Assembly (NCBI GenBank): GCA_934120315.1
Contig: CAKOTX010000001.1
Span: 7,850 to 39,849, forward strand
Direction: 5' to 3'
From: an uncultured Clostridia bacterium
GTDB lineage: Bacteria > Bacillota > Clostridia > TANB77 > CAG-508
Length of the DNA: 32,000 nucleotides
Shown: piece by piece, positions 7,449-16,589 of the stretch
How the letters are laid out: each line of letters begins with the position of its first letter
Numbering within the stretch: position 1 is the stretch's first letter
Notes under the pieces: model-generated
Database searches by the model: none
Told to the model about the DNA's origin: nothing
The model's input: only the letters and a program-made list of their open reading frames with translations
Translations under genes and position numbers: made by a program

Positions 7449-10400
7449 TTACCTCCTTTCCTTTTTAATATTTATGATATTATTTTTTATCATTAATTTA
7501 ATTGCTACTGCTATTAATATAGTATTAATAATTGCTAATATAACGTACATTAAAATTGTTCCACCTGTTGATACTGCTATGATAACATCTGCAGAACCCA
7601 TATCATTTTCTGAAGCTACATTATTATTTGGTGTTGAGTTTACATCTGCTATTCCATATTCGTTATATGCATCATAAATTTCTGCTCTATTATTTACTAC
7701 ACCTGTATTTTCTGTTGTCATTGTTTTTGTTAAGATTAACTTAACTTCTTTTGTTTCTCCTGGATTTATAGGTTCATTTGCTAATTTCTTTGTGTATAAG
7801 TTTCCATTTGAAATATACCAATCTGGATTTAGCTCTGAACTAAATGTTAATCCATTTGTTAAGTAATCTACTATGTTGCTTACAAATCCTGCTATTTCTC
7901 CATTGTTTTTAACTTTTATAGTATATTCTAATACTACCAATGCTCCATCCATTTCTTTAGATTTTATTTCAGGTTTTGCAAGTACAGCGTCATTATAATC
8001 ATATGATTTTGTTCCGCTCTTACTTTGAATTGATACTTTTGTAATATATTTGTTCAATTCTAAATCAAATATATATTTATCTTTTAAACCAATATTTATG
8101 TTGGATATGTTATCTTGTAAATTAATTGTATCTGTTACTGCGTATGTTTTTTCTTCTCCATCAATTGTAATTGTTTTTAATATTGCTTTTGAATTTATAC
8201 TATCATCTACGCCTTCTTGCATATAGTATGTTGGTTCGTATTTACTTGTATCATATTCAAATAATACTATATAATTTCCATTTGGAATTTTTGTAAATGA
8301 ATATTCTCCTTTATCATTTGTTGTTGTTTCAATAATGTTTCCATTAGTATCTTTTAAATAGTTTGATGTAGAAATATCATATATTCTTACTTTTACACCA
8401 CTTAGCAATTGTTCTGTTGCATCTTTTTGACCATTTCTATCTGAATCTACCCATGCAACACCATTTATCATATTTTTAATATCTCCAACATAATATCCTC
8501 TTAATATATGAGTAACTGTTTGAGATGTGCCTTTGTGAACATCTGCAATTTCAATATCAACATAATTTGATATAGTCTTAACATCAAATTCTTCTGTTAT
8601 TGGTTTTACTTTTGCTTTTATTATAATTTTTGATTCATTATTTGCTAAAACTTGTACACTATATCTAATTTCATTTGATATAGATGCTGTATAAGTATCT
8701 TTATTATTTACTGAATCTGTTGTTTGGAATACTGTTTCACCATTTACAATAAATTCTTCTATTGCTAAATATTCTGGTACATTATCAATTACTGTTATAT
8801 ATTCATCACTTATTCCTTTATTAGAAACTGTTATATTGTATTGAACTTCGTCTCCAACTTTAATATATGCTTTATCTTGAGGACTTGTTAATGAAACTGT
8901 TGCCTCTGTTGTTAATACATTTTCTTCAAATTTATTTGATCTGTATGTATTATTAGAATTGTCTTTTACTTTTGCTATAACACTTACATTGTTTACATCT
9001 TTATCAATTTGAACTGCAACTAAGAATATTACTGAACTATTTCCTGATAATTCTTTAATTTCCATTGCATCTGTTGCTAATTTTACATTAAAATCTCCAT
9101 CTAAGAAACTTGTTGTTGTTAAATGGTCATATATCATTTCAATGCTTAAATCTTTAACTGTTTCACTTGATAAGTTTTCTACAATAACATTGTATTGTGT
9201 ATCTGCTCCTGCATATAAATCTTTGCTTAAGTCTATTGCTCTTTTTACTGTTACTCTTATATTTGAATTTTCAGATTTATTAATTATTTGTGAACTTTCT
9301 TTTACTGTTTCTCCACATTTTGCTGTTACTTTATTTGCTATATTATCTGTAGCTGATTTTACTCTAACTTCATATTCAAATGTATATGTTTCGTTAGAAT
9401 TCAATTTTTCGATGTTTTTAACTATTTGTTTAACATCTTCTTTTTCTGTGTAATAAGAAGTTCCTGAATATACATATCCTTCTTCTGGTTCAACATAAAC
9501 TGTTCCTTCTGGAACTAATGCTTGTGCTTCAACATTTGTTATTGGTTGTAATCCAGTATTTTTTACTGTTACTGTATATTTTATTACTTCTCCTACTTTT
9601 ACTGTAGCATTATTACTTACATCGTCATTTCCAACAGTTGCTTTTAATGTTGTTTCAATTTTTACTTCAGATTGTGTTTGTAAACCAATTTTTATAGAAC
9701 TTACTTCTACATTTTTTTCTGTATCTGTATCATATAAAACTTTGTAATCTGTAAAAGATTGTTTATCTTTTAATAATTGATTTGGTAATTGTGAAATATA
9801 AGAGATTTCATAATTACTTTCTACTGGCAATTCTGATAATTTTATTAAATATTTTCTTGCATTAGAAACTTCATTTAAATTTGTTTTCCATCCATTTGAT
9901 GAATTATCAACATTTTCTGTTGCATCTGCATTTTCTGTATAATATATTGTTGCATTCTCTGCATTCATAGATTTTAATTTTGTTGTTAATGTATTTTCAA
10001 CATTATCATATTTATTTCCATCTGTTGGTAATATTCCTAAAATTCTTACATTCTTTAAGTTAGCTCCTGTACTGTTTATTAAATAAGAATTGAATTCTAG
10101 ATTTTTTCCAGCATCACTATTTGCAACTTGTGCAATTTGTGTTTCTTCATTAATTCCACTTATTCCTTCTATATTATAAGTTGGTAAATTATTTACTGTT
10201 ACTAATCCACTTGGTGCAGCAATACTAATTTCTTTTTCAACTACACCTTTATCTGTAGTTCCACCATAGTATTCTGTTGCATTTTCGTTTGTGTATTCCA
10301 TAACAATTTTATCTTTTTTAGCTGCTGCCATTTTTGATAATGTTATATCTAAGTTAAGTTGTAAATATGCTTGTGTTGCTGATGTTTCTGAATAATCTAA

Positions 10401-12251
10401 TTGTTCTCCATTTAATGTCATTGTTATTGTCTTATTTGTGTTATTATAAGATGTTTTAACTTTAAATTCTTCTGCATATAAAGAACTTGTTTCACCATTC
10501 ATTTTTACACTTTCAACTACTGATGGTAATTGAATTTTTATTACTGGATTATTAAATAAATCATATCTTACATCATCTGTTCTTAATTTAATTCCAAGTA
10601 CAACATTTGAATTTGTTGCCATTGTAGATAATGTATCTGTACTTACAGTTAATTCTGCTTTTGAAACTGTTCCATTAATTTTTAATGTTGCTTCACTTGA
10701 ATTTTCTACAATTGCTGTTTCTTCTTCATTTATTGTAGCAATTCCTTTTACTGTACTTTCTGTTTTTATACCATTTATTGACTCGATTTGAGTTGCTGTA
10801 AATGATCCTGGTATTATTGCTTTTGCATATTTAAATTCTAACACTCCTGCTTTTTGTGGTTTACTTGTTGTAATTGTTAATTCACTTCTTGCTGCTTCAT
10901 AACTTACAACAATATTTCCATTTTCATCAACTTTTGTATCTTTGTTGATTGTTGTTGTTACTTCACCATTTTTTAATTCTATAGTACCATCTTGTCCTAA
11001 AATATCTAACATTTTATCTTTATTAATTGTTGTAGTTAAATATTTTGTATCAACTGACATGTCTTTTGATTCTGTTGTTAATTTATCTGAACCTTCTGTT
11101 ACTACAACTTTTTCTGGTATATTAGAATTTGTTATAATTATTTTGTTTTCTGTATTATATGTTACATCTGCAGTTGAATTTAATTGTCCTTTAAATAATT
11201 CTTCTGATGTCATTTTTGTAGATGTTGTTATTAAAGCATTTGGTTCTTGATTTTCTATACCTTTCATATATTTCGCTGTATATTTTGTAGCTGAATTATG
11301 AACTGTAATTTCTGAATTTGTTGTGATTTCTACTTTATTAGCATCTACATCTGAAGCATATATAAATGTTACAATTAATTCATCATATGCATTTTTATTC
11401 CATTTAATTGTTTTATCTTCATTTTTTAATGTTATTGTTAAATTTCCATCATTGTTTGTCCAATCTTTATCAGTTAACTCGTTTCCACCATTTGTTGCCA
11501 TTGTTCCTAAAGATAATACTTCTATTTTTTCTGGTAATTTATCACTTAATTTTGGAGCACTTACACTTATTGTTGTTTCTTTAATTGGATATTGATTATC
11601 TGATAATCTTGAATTTATTTTTAATTGAACAACTCTTTTTTCTGTTCCTTCTATATTAAATACTTTATTTGTAATAATGTCTGTTGTTAATTCAGCAGCA
11701 GCATTTGAGTCTGCTTGTAAATTCAAACTTACTGCTTGACTTCCTTTAATACTTAACCCTTTATATGATGTTTCCATATATTTTCCTGTTAATTTTAAGT
11801 CAGAAGCCTTAACTAACATATCTGCATCTAATGTATCTGTTATAATTGGTTCAATATTTAATTCAATTATAGCATTATCTCCTGCATTAATTTGTTTTAA
11901 TTTTACTTTGTTTCCATCTATGCTTTCTACCCATTTTGATGAAATATCCTTTTTCAAATTAAAGTTACTATTTTGTAATTCTAATTCTCCATTAAAATAT
12001 CCATCATTTCTTACTGAAATTTCAGCATACATTTTTAAATTTTCATTTTTAATACTTGCTGTTAAATTTTCAACTTTTTCATCTTTTTCATTTTTAAAAT
12101 ATGCAGAAAAACTTATATTTTTATTATTAGTTGTACTATTTGTTTCTGCTGCATAACTTATTAAGTTTGACCCTAACACGAAAAAGTCTGTTGACATTAC
12201 CATTAGTATCATTAAAATTGCTAATAATTTTTTTAACACTCTTTTCTCCAT
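7449..12251 (-). CDS. Giant cell-surface protein (1600 aa) with DUF11-like repeats, an SdrD-B-like domain and a C-terminal anchor
   Basis: Signal peptide. Repeats of the TVKNTGLQPITNVEAQALVPEGTVYV type. SdrD-B-like segment INGVAWVDSDRNGQKDATEQLLSGVKVRIYD...TNDKGEYSFTKIPNGNYIV. C-terminus AVSTGG plus TM plus KNNIINIKKERR. GGAGGG SD before the ATG. Confidence 0.75.
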   Translation of the reverse strand: MEKRVLKKLLAILMILMVMSTDFFVLGSNLISYAAETNSTTNNKNISFSAYFKNEKDEKVENLTASIKNENLKMYAEISVRNDGYFNGELELQNSNFNLKKDISSKWVESIDGNKVKLKQINAGDNAIIELNIEPIITDTLDADMLVKASDLKLTGKYMETSYKGLSIKGSQAVSLNLQADSNAAAELTTDIITNKVFNIEGTEKRVVQLKINSRLSDNQYPIKETTISVSAPKLSDKLPEKIEVLSLGTMATNGGNELTDKDWTNNDGNLTITLKNEDKTIKWNKNAYDELIVTFIYASDVDANKVEITTNSEITVHNSATKYTAKYMKGIENQEPNALITTSTKMTSEELFKGQLNSTADVTYNTENKIIITNSNIPEKVVVTEGSDKLTTESKDMSVDTKYLTTTINKDKMLDILGQDGTIELKNGEVTTTINKDTKVDENGNIVVSYEAARSELTITTSKPQKAGVLEFKYAKAIIPGSFTATQIESINGIKTESTVKGIATINEEETAIVENSSEATLKINGTVSKAELTVSTDTLSTMATNSNVVLGIKLRTDDVRYDLFNNPVIKIQLPSVVESVKMNGETSSLYAEEFKVKTSYNNTNKTITMTLNGEQLDYSETSATQAYLQLNLDITLSKMAAAKKDKIVMEYTNENATEYYGGTTDKGVVEKEISIAAPSGLVTVNNLPTYNIEGISGINEETQIAQVANSDAGKNLEFNSYLINSTGANLKNVRILGILPTDGNKYDNVENTLTTKLKSMNAENATIYYTENADATENVDNSSNGWKTNLNEVSNARKYLIKLSELPVESNYEISYISQLPNQLLKDKQSFTDYKVLYDTDTEKNVEVSSIKIGLQTQSEVKIETTLKATVGNDDVSNNATVKVGEVIKYTVTVKNTGLQPITNVEAQALVPEGTVYVEPEEGYVYSGTSYYTEKEDVKQIVKNIEKLNSNETYTFEYEVRVKSATDNIANKVTAKCGETVKESSQIINKSENSNIRVTVKRAIDLSKDLYAGADTQYNVIVENLSSETVKDLSIEMIYDHLTTTSFLDGDFNVKLATDAMEIKELSGNSSVIFLVAVQIDKDVNNVSVIAKVKDNSNNTYRSNKFEENVLTTEATVSLTSPQDKAYIKVGDEVQYNITVSNKGISDEYITVIDNVPEYLAIEEFIVNGETVFQTTDSVNNKDTYTASISNEIRYSVQVLANNESKIIIKAKVKPITEEFDVKTISNYVDIEIADVHKGTSQTVTHILRGYYVGDIKNMINGVAWVDSDRNGQKDATEQLLSGVKVRIYDISTSNYLKDTNGNIIETTTNDKGEYSFTKIPNGNYIVLFEYDTSKYEPTYYMQEGVDDSINSKAILKTITIDGEEKTYAVTDTINLQDNISNINIGLKDKYIFDLELNKYITKVSIQSKSGTKSYDYNDAVLAKPEIKSKEMDGALVVLEYTIKVKNNGEIAGFVSNIVDYLTNGLTFSSELNPDWYISNGNLYTKKLANEPINPGETKEVKLILTKTMTTENTGVVNNRAEIYDAYNEYGIADVNSTPNNNVASENDMGSADVIIAVSTGGTILMYVILAIINTILIAVAIKLMIKNNIINIKKERR

Positions 12252-12277
12252 TTTTTCCCTCCATATATTTTTATATT

Positions 12278-13981
12278 TTAATTACCTGTACCTACACGTA
12301 TTATTCTTGCCATTGCATTATATGTATCCCTAGATAATAATGTTGTTGAAACAACTTGACCATTTAACCTCATTACTTTATATGCTTCAACTTTTCTTCC
12401 TGAACTTCCAGCTTGAACCACTTTCTGTTCTCCTGCTGCTAAACTACTATCTTGCACATATTGAATTGTTGGATTTATTGTTGCAATTTTCTTGGTTTCT
12501 ATTGAAATATCATATTCAACTTCTTCTTTTACTCCCCAAACTTGTATTGTTGCAACACCGTTTTCTACTGTAGCCGTAATTCTTATTGGATATTTTCTTG
12601 AATTTACAAATTTAAAATCTTGAGCTCCCCATACAACAGTTGCATCTTTACCTGCTGGTAAATATGATGTTACAAATTGATGATTTCTTCGTGTTGTTAC
12701 TTTTAAATTTGCAAATACTACTGCATCATACAATGTTGAAGATATTTGGCAAATTCCTCCGCCTAAGCCATCAACTACTTTTCCATTTGAGAATGTTGCA
12801 GCTGATTTATACCCTGCTGCAATTGTTCTTTCTCCTACAACTTTGTTATAAGAAAATTCTTCATTTGGAAGTAATACTGTTCCATTAATCTTATTAGCTG
12901 CTAATATTAAATTTGTAGTTCTATTTGTATTACTTGCTTGATAGTTTGTTGAACATGTTCCTAATAAATCTGGGAATGCTTCTGTTCCTATATCTTTTGT
13001 TGTTTTTGTTGGTTCTGTTATAACTAAATCTACTTGGTATTCATCTTTCGTTTCTGCTATTATTGCCTTTGCATTATCTACATCAAAGTCAATTCCTTCT
13101 TCTTCAGGATATATTGTAAATGGATCATTTGTATAATATGCATCTTTTACTTGTTTATAGACTTCTTCATGTATTTTATCAATATCTATTTTTTCTGGTT
13201 TTGCATCTATAACTGGTATCTCTAACTTTTTCTCATCTTCTGTATTGGTATCTATTACTTCATATATGTCTTTGACTAACTGTTTTTCATCAACCTTTTT
13301 TCCTTCTTTTCCTGATGTTATTATTAATTTGTTATTTTCTCTGTCTAAATAATAACTTGGCTGAACTATTGCTCCTTCAATACTGTTATTTATATTTTGA
13401 GCAATTTGGCTAATCATATCATTATCAATCGATGCCTCTAATTTTACATTTTTTCCTTTTAGCATTGTTCCTAAAATATCATAATTATCTTTGAATAAAT
13501 TTCCTGTTCTTCCGATATCAAATGCATCTTGTATTGCATTTTCTACTTGATATTCCACTTCTAATGCTTCATATGTAATCGATGTTTCATATTCACCATA
13601 TTTTAAATAGATTTGTTTGTCTGATTTACTTTGATATACTTTGTCTAATTTTTCTTTTGCTTCTTCCTGTGTCAGGTTTGATACATCTATTTGTCCTATA
13701 ATTGTTCCTTTTACTATTTTCGAACTTTTAGCATTGATAAAAGCAAAAATTACAGAAAATACTAATGAAAGAATTATAAGAATTATTAATATTATTAACG
13801 TTATTTTTATCTTTTTACTCGAGCTGTTTTTTTCGTTTGGTTTATCATCACTTTCAATTGTGTTTTCTTCTGTTGTTTCAGCTTCTTTTAAGTCTTCTTT
13901 TTTTTCAGTTGTATCTTCCTTTTCCAGCAGTTTTACTCCACTTTCTTGCACCTCTTTTGTTGGATCTTTTTCTTCATTCAT
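12278..13981 (-). CDS. VanW-family protein with N-terminal TM and C-terminal G5 domain (YoaR-like)
   Basis: VanW-like core (...GGGICQISSTLYDAV...RRNHQ...) and a G5-like C-terminus (...AGEQKVVQAGSSGRKVEAYKV...). I trimmed the start to the ATG at 13981 (MNEEKD...), which has an AAAGGAG SD 7 nt upstream. The ORF-track start at 14098 has none. Confidence 0.75.
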   Translation of the reverse strand: MNEEKDPTKEVQESGVKLLEKEDTTEKKEDLKEAETTEENTIESDDKPNEKNSSSKKIKITLIILIILIILSLVFSVIFAFINAKSSKIVKGTIIGQIDVSNLTQEEAKEKLDKVYQSKSDKQIYLKYGEYETSITYEALEVEYQVENAIQDAFDIGRTGNLFKDNYDILGTMLKGKNVKLEASIDNDMISQIAQNINNSIEGAIVQPSYYLDRENNKLIITSGKEGKKVDEKQLVKDIYEVIDTNTEDEKKLEIPVIDAKPEKIDIDKIHEEVYKQVKDAYYTNDPFTIYPEEEGIDFDVDNAKAIIAETKDEYQVDLVITEPTKTTKDIGTEAFPDLLGTCSTNYQASNTNRTTNLILAANKINGTVLLPNEEFSYNKVVGERTIAAGYKSAATFSNGKVVDGLGGGICQISSTLYDAVVFANLKVTTRRNHQFVTSYLPAGKDATVVWGAQDFKFVNSRKYPIRITATVENGVATIQVWGVKEEVEYDISIETKKIATINPTIQYVQDSSLAAGEQKVVQAGSSGRKVEAYKVMRLNGQVVSTTLLSRDTYNAMARIIRVGTGN

Positions 13982-14008
13982 ATTTTTACTCCTTTTATCT
14001 CTTATTAT

Positions 14009-14037
14009 ATAATACCACAAAATCACAAATTTGACAA
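14009..14037 (-). promoter_or_regulatory. Sigma-A promoter TTGTCA-17 nt-TATTAT (TG-extended) for the VanW/giant-protein operon
   Basis: Reverse-complement reading gives TTGTCA (14037-14032), a 17-nt spacer ending in TGG, then TATTAT (14014-14009). Confidence 0.55.
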
Positions 14038-14127
14038 TTTTTTTTCGAAAATTTCTTATTAATATATATGTTTTTTTATACTTTTTATTCGTTTTCAAAA
14101 AATTTTACATTTTTTTTGAAAAAATAC

Positions 14128-14156
14128 TTGAATATTGTAAAATTTAATAATATAAT
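14128..14156 (+). promoter_or_regulatory. Sigma-A promoter TTGAAT-17 nt-TATAAT
   Basis: TTGAAT at 14128-14133 and TATAAT at 14151-14156. Confidence 0.55.
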
Positions 14157-14188
14157 AAGATCAACAAAAGATGAAGGAGTTTTTAAAA

Positions 14189-14659
14189 ATGGAATTGGTA
14201 AAAAACATATTTTTTAATACAGATAAATTAGTCGAAAATAGTAAAGTAAAAATTTCATATACAGGTAAATTTTTTCAAGACGCTTCTGAAGAAGTATTTT
14301 TTCATTATGGATTTGGAAGTAATTGGGATAATGTAAAAGATATACAAATGTCAAAAACAGACCTTGGTTTTCAGGCCGAAGTAGAATTAGCTTCAGCTGA
14401 AACATTCAATTTCTGTTTCTTTAACGAGAATGGTGAATGGGATAATAATAATGGTAATAACTATTCATTCCAAATAGAAAAACAACCTGTTGAATTAGTT
14501 GTTTTAGATGATGAGCCTGTTTCTCTTGGTAATGCAAGAAAATTAAGAAAATCATATATTTGGAGCAAAAAAATACGTTTAGCTGTTTACAAAATTATTA
14601 CATATTTACCAAAATTAATTTCAGGAAATTATAAGAAAAAAGCTTCAAGTGAAGAATAA
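14189..14659 (+). CDS. Carbohydrate/starch-binding-module-like protein (CBM25/CBM53-like fold) with a basic, hydrophobic C-terminal segment
   Basis: VKISYTGKFF...VFFHYGFGSNWDNV...FNFCFFNENGEWDNNNGNNYSF matches the W...W..DNN pattern of starch-binding modules. I moved the start to the ATG at 14189, which is 9 nt after a GAAGGAG SD. Confidence 0.5.
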   Translation: MELVKNIFFNTDKLVENSKVKISYTGKFFQDASEEVFFHYGFGSNWDNVKDIQMSKTDLGFQAEVELASAETFNFCFFNENGEWDNNNGNNYSFQIEKQPVELVVLDDEPVSLGNARKLRKSYIWSKKIRLAVYKIITYLPKLISGNYKKKASSEE

Positions 14660-14662
14660 TAA

Positions 14663-14692
14663 AAAAGGATAGATTTATAAGTCTATCCTTTT
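14663..14692. terminator. Bidirectional terminator between convergent genes
   Basis: AAAAGGATAGA-TTTATAAG-TCTATCCTTTT is a perfect 11-bp stem. Confidence 0.75.
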
Positions 14693-15407
14693 ATGTTATA
14701 ATCCATCCCCCATTTATTGAAATAACTTGTCCTGATGTATAATCATCTTCTAAAAGCCATTCAACACATTTTGATATATCTAATGTCTTTCCGATATGTT
14801 CTAATGGAATTTCTTCTTCTATATTTTTTATATCTTCATCACTCAAATTTTTATTCATATCTGTATCAATTATCCCTGGCGCAACAGAATTTACTCTTAT
14901 GTTTGAAGGTCCTAATTCTTTTGCCAATGATTTTGTCATTCCATCTATACCAGCTTTTGTAATCGAATAGATCGTTTCGCAAGATGCTCCTACCATTCCC
15001 CACACTGAAGAAATATTTATAATACATCCATTTTTTTCATGAATCATATTTTTTGCAACTTCTTGAGTAACGCAAAACGCCGAATATAAATTATTATTTA
15101 CAATTTCATTCCATTCGTCATCTGTAACATCTGTAAATAATTTTGTTCCTGATATTCCTGCATTATTTATCAATGCATCTATTTTTCCATATTTTTTTAT
15201 TATATAATCTACCATTTGCTTTACTTCAACTCTTTTAGAAACATCAGCTTTATATATTTCTATATTATCACTCATTTCTGCCAATTCTTGTGCTGCTTCT
15301 TCAGATTTGTTGTAATTAGCAATAATCTTATATCCTTTTTTAGCTAAATTTTTAGCAATTTCTCTACCAATACCTCTTGATGCCCCTGTTATTAAAACTA
15401 TATTCAT
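14691..15407 (-). CDS. Short-chain dehydrogenase/reductase (FabG-like 3-oxoacyl-ACP reductase family)
   Basis: TGASRGIG cofactor motif, NNAG, and a catalytic S...YxxxK (YSITKAG). Length 238 aa. Confidence 0.8.
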   Translation of the reverse strand: MNIVLITGASRGIGREIAKNLAKKGYKIIANYNKSEEAAQELAEMSDNIEIYKADVSKRVEVKQMVDYIIKKYGKIDALINNAGISGTKLFTDVTDDEWNEIVNNNLYSAFCVTQEVAKNMIHEKNGCIINISSVWGMVGASCETIYSITKAGIDGMTKSLAKELGPSNIRVNSVAPGIIDTDMNKNLSDEDIKNIEEEIPLEHIGKTLDISKCVEWLLEDDYTSGQVISINGGWIIT

Positions 15408-15458
15408 TTTATTTCCTCCATTTAATATTTTATCAAATTTTCACTTTTTTTGCAAATA

Positions 15459-15490
15459 TAAAAAGTATTTACAACATTTGCTGTAAATAC
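15459..15490 (-). terminator. Intrinsic terminator for the 186-aa gene
   Basis: GTATTTACA / TGTAAATAC is a 9-bp stem with an 8-nt loop, followed on the minus strand by TTTTTAT. Confidence 0.6.
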
Positions 15491-15506
15491 CTTTATAGAT
15501 TGCTAT

Positions 15507-16067
15507 TTAATTAAATCCAAAAAAAATTACTTTTTCACTATACAAATCCACTTTTTTTAGTTTATATTTAGAAAGAACCTCGAATACTTTATCTTCTTTT
15601 ACATTTTCAAACTTTTCTTTCAATTCAAATTTAGGAGAAAAAATCTTTACATTATAATCTTCTTCTCCCAAATAAATTTGTTCAATAGAAATATTCCAAT
15701 CGTCTAAAGTTTTAACTACATATATATATCCACGTTTTCTTCTACAATTAACAATCGCTTTCACATATTCCCATATCTTACAATATACCTCATCAGTAGA
15801 TTTTTTCTTGATTTCAGGATATTTTAAAAGTAAAACTTCCACATCTTGATAGCTCAAGTCTCTTTCCGTCTTTTTATCAATAACTCTTCTTTCATCATCA
15901 TTCAAAGTTCTTTTAATAGTACAAACATCATACATCATATCTTTTTTTGTTTCTGTTACTAACAAGTCATAACAATGTTCATTATCTCGAGTTCTAAATT
16001 CAACCCGCAATTTACCATTATTAGTTTTGGCAGATATAACATTTTCTTTAAATCCAAAATACTCCAT
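15507..16067 (-). CDS. Hypothetical protein (186 aa), no motif recognised
   Basis: ORF track. GGAG SD 6 nt before the ATG. It has its own promoter and terminator. Confidence 0.55.
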   Translation of the reverse strand: MEYFGFKENVISAKTNNGKLRVEFRTRDNEHCYDLLVTETKKDMMYDVCTIKRTLNDDERRVIDKKTERDLSYQDVEVLLLKYPEIKKKSTDEVYCKIWEYVKAIVNCRRKRGYIYVVKTLDDWNISIEQIYLGEEDYNVKIFSPKFELKEKFENVKEDKVFEVLSKYKLKKVDLYSEKVIFFGFN

Positions 16068-16112
16068 AAATAGCTCCTATATATTTATTTACCTTTTTAG
16101 GCATCGCTAATC

Positions 16113-16141
16113 ATAATAACACTTTTAACTTTTTATGTCAA
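16113..16141 (-). promoter_or_regulatory. Sigma-A promoter TTGACA-17 nt-TATTAT (TG-extended)
   Basis: Reverse-complement reading gives TTGACA (16141-16136), a 17-nt spacer ending in TGT, then TATTAT (16118-16113). Confidence 0.55.
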
Positions 16142-16218
16142 TAGTTTTTTGGATTTTAATGTTTTTAATGCACAAAAAAAGCCAGTAATTAAGCTTATTT
16201 GCAAAACTACTGACAATT

Positions 16219-16295
16219 TGGAGCCACTTCCCAGATTCGAACTGGGGACCCCCGCATTACAAGTGCGGTGCTCTGGCCAGCTGAGCTAAAGTGGC
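16219..16295 (-). tRNA. tRNA-Thr (anticodon UGU), CCA encoded
   Basis: The reverse complement is GCCACTTTAGCTCAGCTGGCCAGAGCACCGCACTTGTAATGCGGGGGTCCCCAGTTCGAATCTGGGAAGTGGCTCCA. It forms a full cloverleaf with anticodon arm CCGCA-CTTGTAA-TGCGG. Confidence 0.95.
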
Positions 16296-16299
16296 ATTG

Positions 16300-16374
16300 T
16301 GGTGACCCCGACGGGAATCGAACCCATGACTCCGCCGTGAAAGGGCGGTGTCTTAACCGCTTGACCACGGGGCC
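16300..16374 (-). tRNA. tRNA-Glu (anticodon UUC), CCA encoded
   Basis: The reverse complement is GGCCCCGTGGTCAAGCGGTTAAGACACCGCCCTTTCACGGCGGAGTCATGGGTTCGATTCCCGTCGGGGTCACCA. The anticodon arm is CCGCC-CTTTCAC-GGCGG. Confidence 0.95.
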
Positions 16375-16382
16375 ATAATGAG

Positions 16383-16414
16383 AGAATTCTAATTATATTT
16401 CAAATTAGAATTCT
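16383..16414. repeat. Perfect 12-bp inverted repeat in the tRNA-Lys/tRNA-Glu spacer
   Basis: AGAATTCTAATT-ATATTTCA-AATTAGAATTCT. Confidence 0.85.
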
Positions 16415-16419
16415 AATTT

Positions 16420-16495
16420 TGGTGAGCTATCCGCGACTCGAACGCGGGACAACTTGATTAAAAGTCAAGTGCTCTACCACCTGAGCTAATAGCCC
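16420..16495 (-). tRNA. tRNA-Lys (anticodon UUU), CCA encoded
   Basis: The reverse complement is GGGCTATTAGCTCAGGTGGTAGAGCACTTGACTTTTAATCAAGTTGTCCCGCGTTCGAGTCGCGGATAGCTCACCA. The anticodon arm is CTTGA-CTTTTAA-TCAAG. Confidence 0.95.
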
Positions 16496-16523
16496 GTATG
16501 CATGTATTGCACAACGCTTATTT

Positions 16524-16552
16524 ATATTACAACATTTTTTTACGATTGTCAA
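16524..16552 (-). promoter_or_regulatory. Probable tRNA-operon promoter TTGACA-17 nt-TAATAT
   Basis: Reverse-complement reading gives TTGACA (16552-16547), a 17-nt spacer, then TAATAT (16529-16524), about 30 nt upstream of tRNA-Lys. Confidence 0.5.
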
Positions 16553-16589
16553 TACATTTTTTAAAAAATTTTAAATTTTTTTTATTTTT

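Noticed and set aside
3248-12337. Many 60-123-aa plus-strand ORFs inside the CapA, giant-adhesin and VanW genes (for example 4032-4268, 5127-5330, 9142-9453 and 10942-11250)
   Set aside because: All are antisense to long, clearly coding minus-strand genes. Their translations are low-complexity Leu/Phe/Ile strings, as expected from reading AT-rich coding DNA backwards. None has an SD.
13982-14098. N-terminal 39-codon extension of the VanW ORF (ORF-track start at 14098)
   Set aside because: The extension overlaps the predicted promoter (14009-14037) and lacks an SD. The ATG at 13981 has an AAAGGAG SD at ideal spacing.
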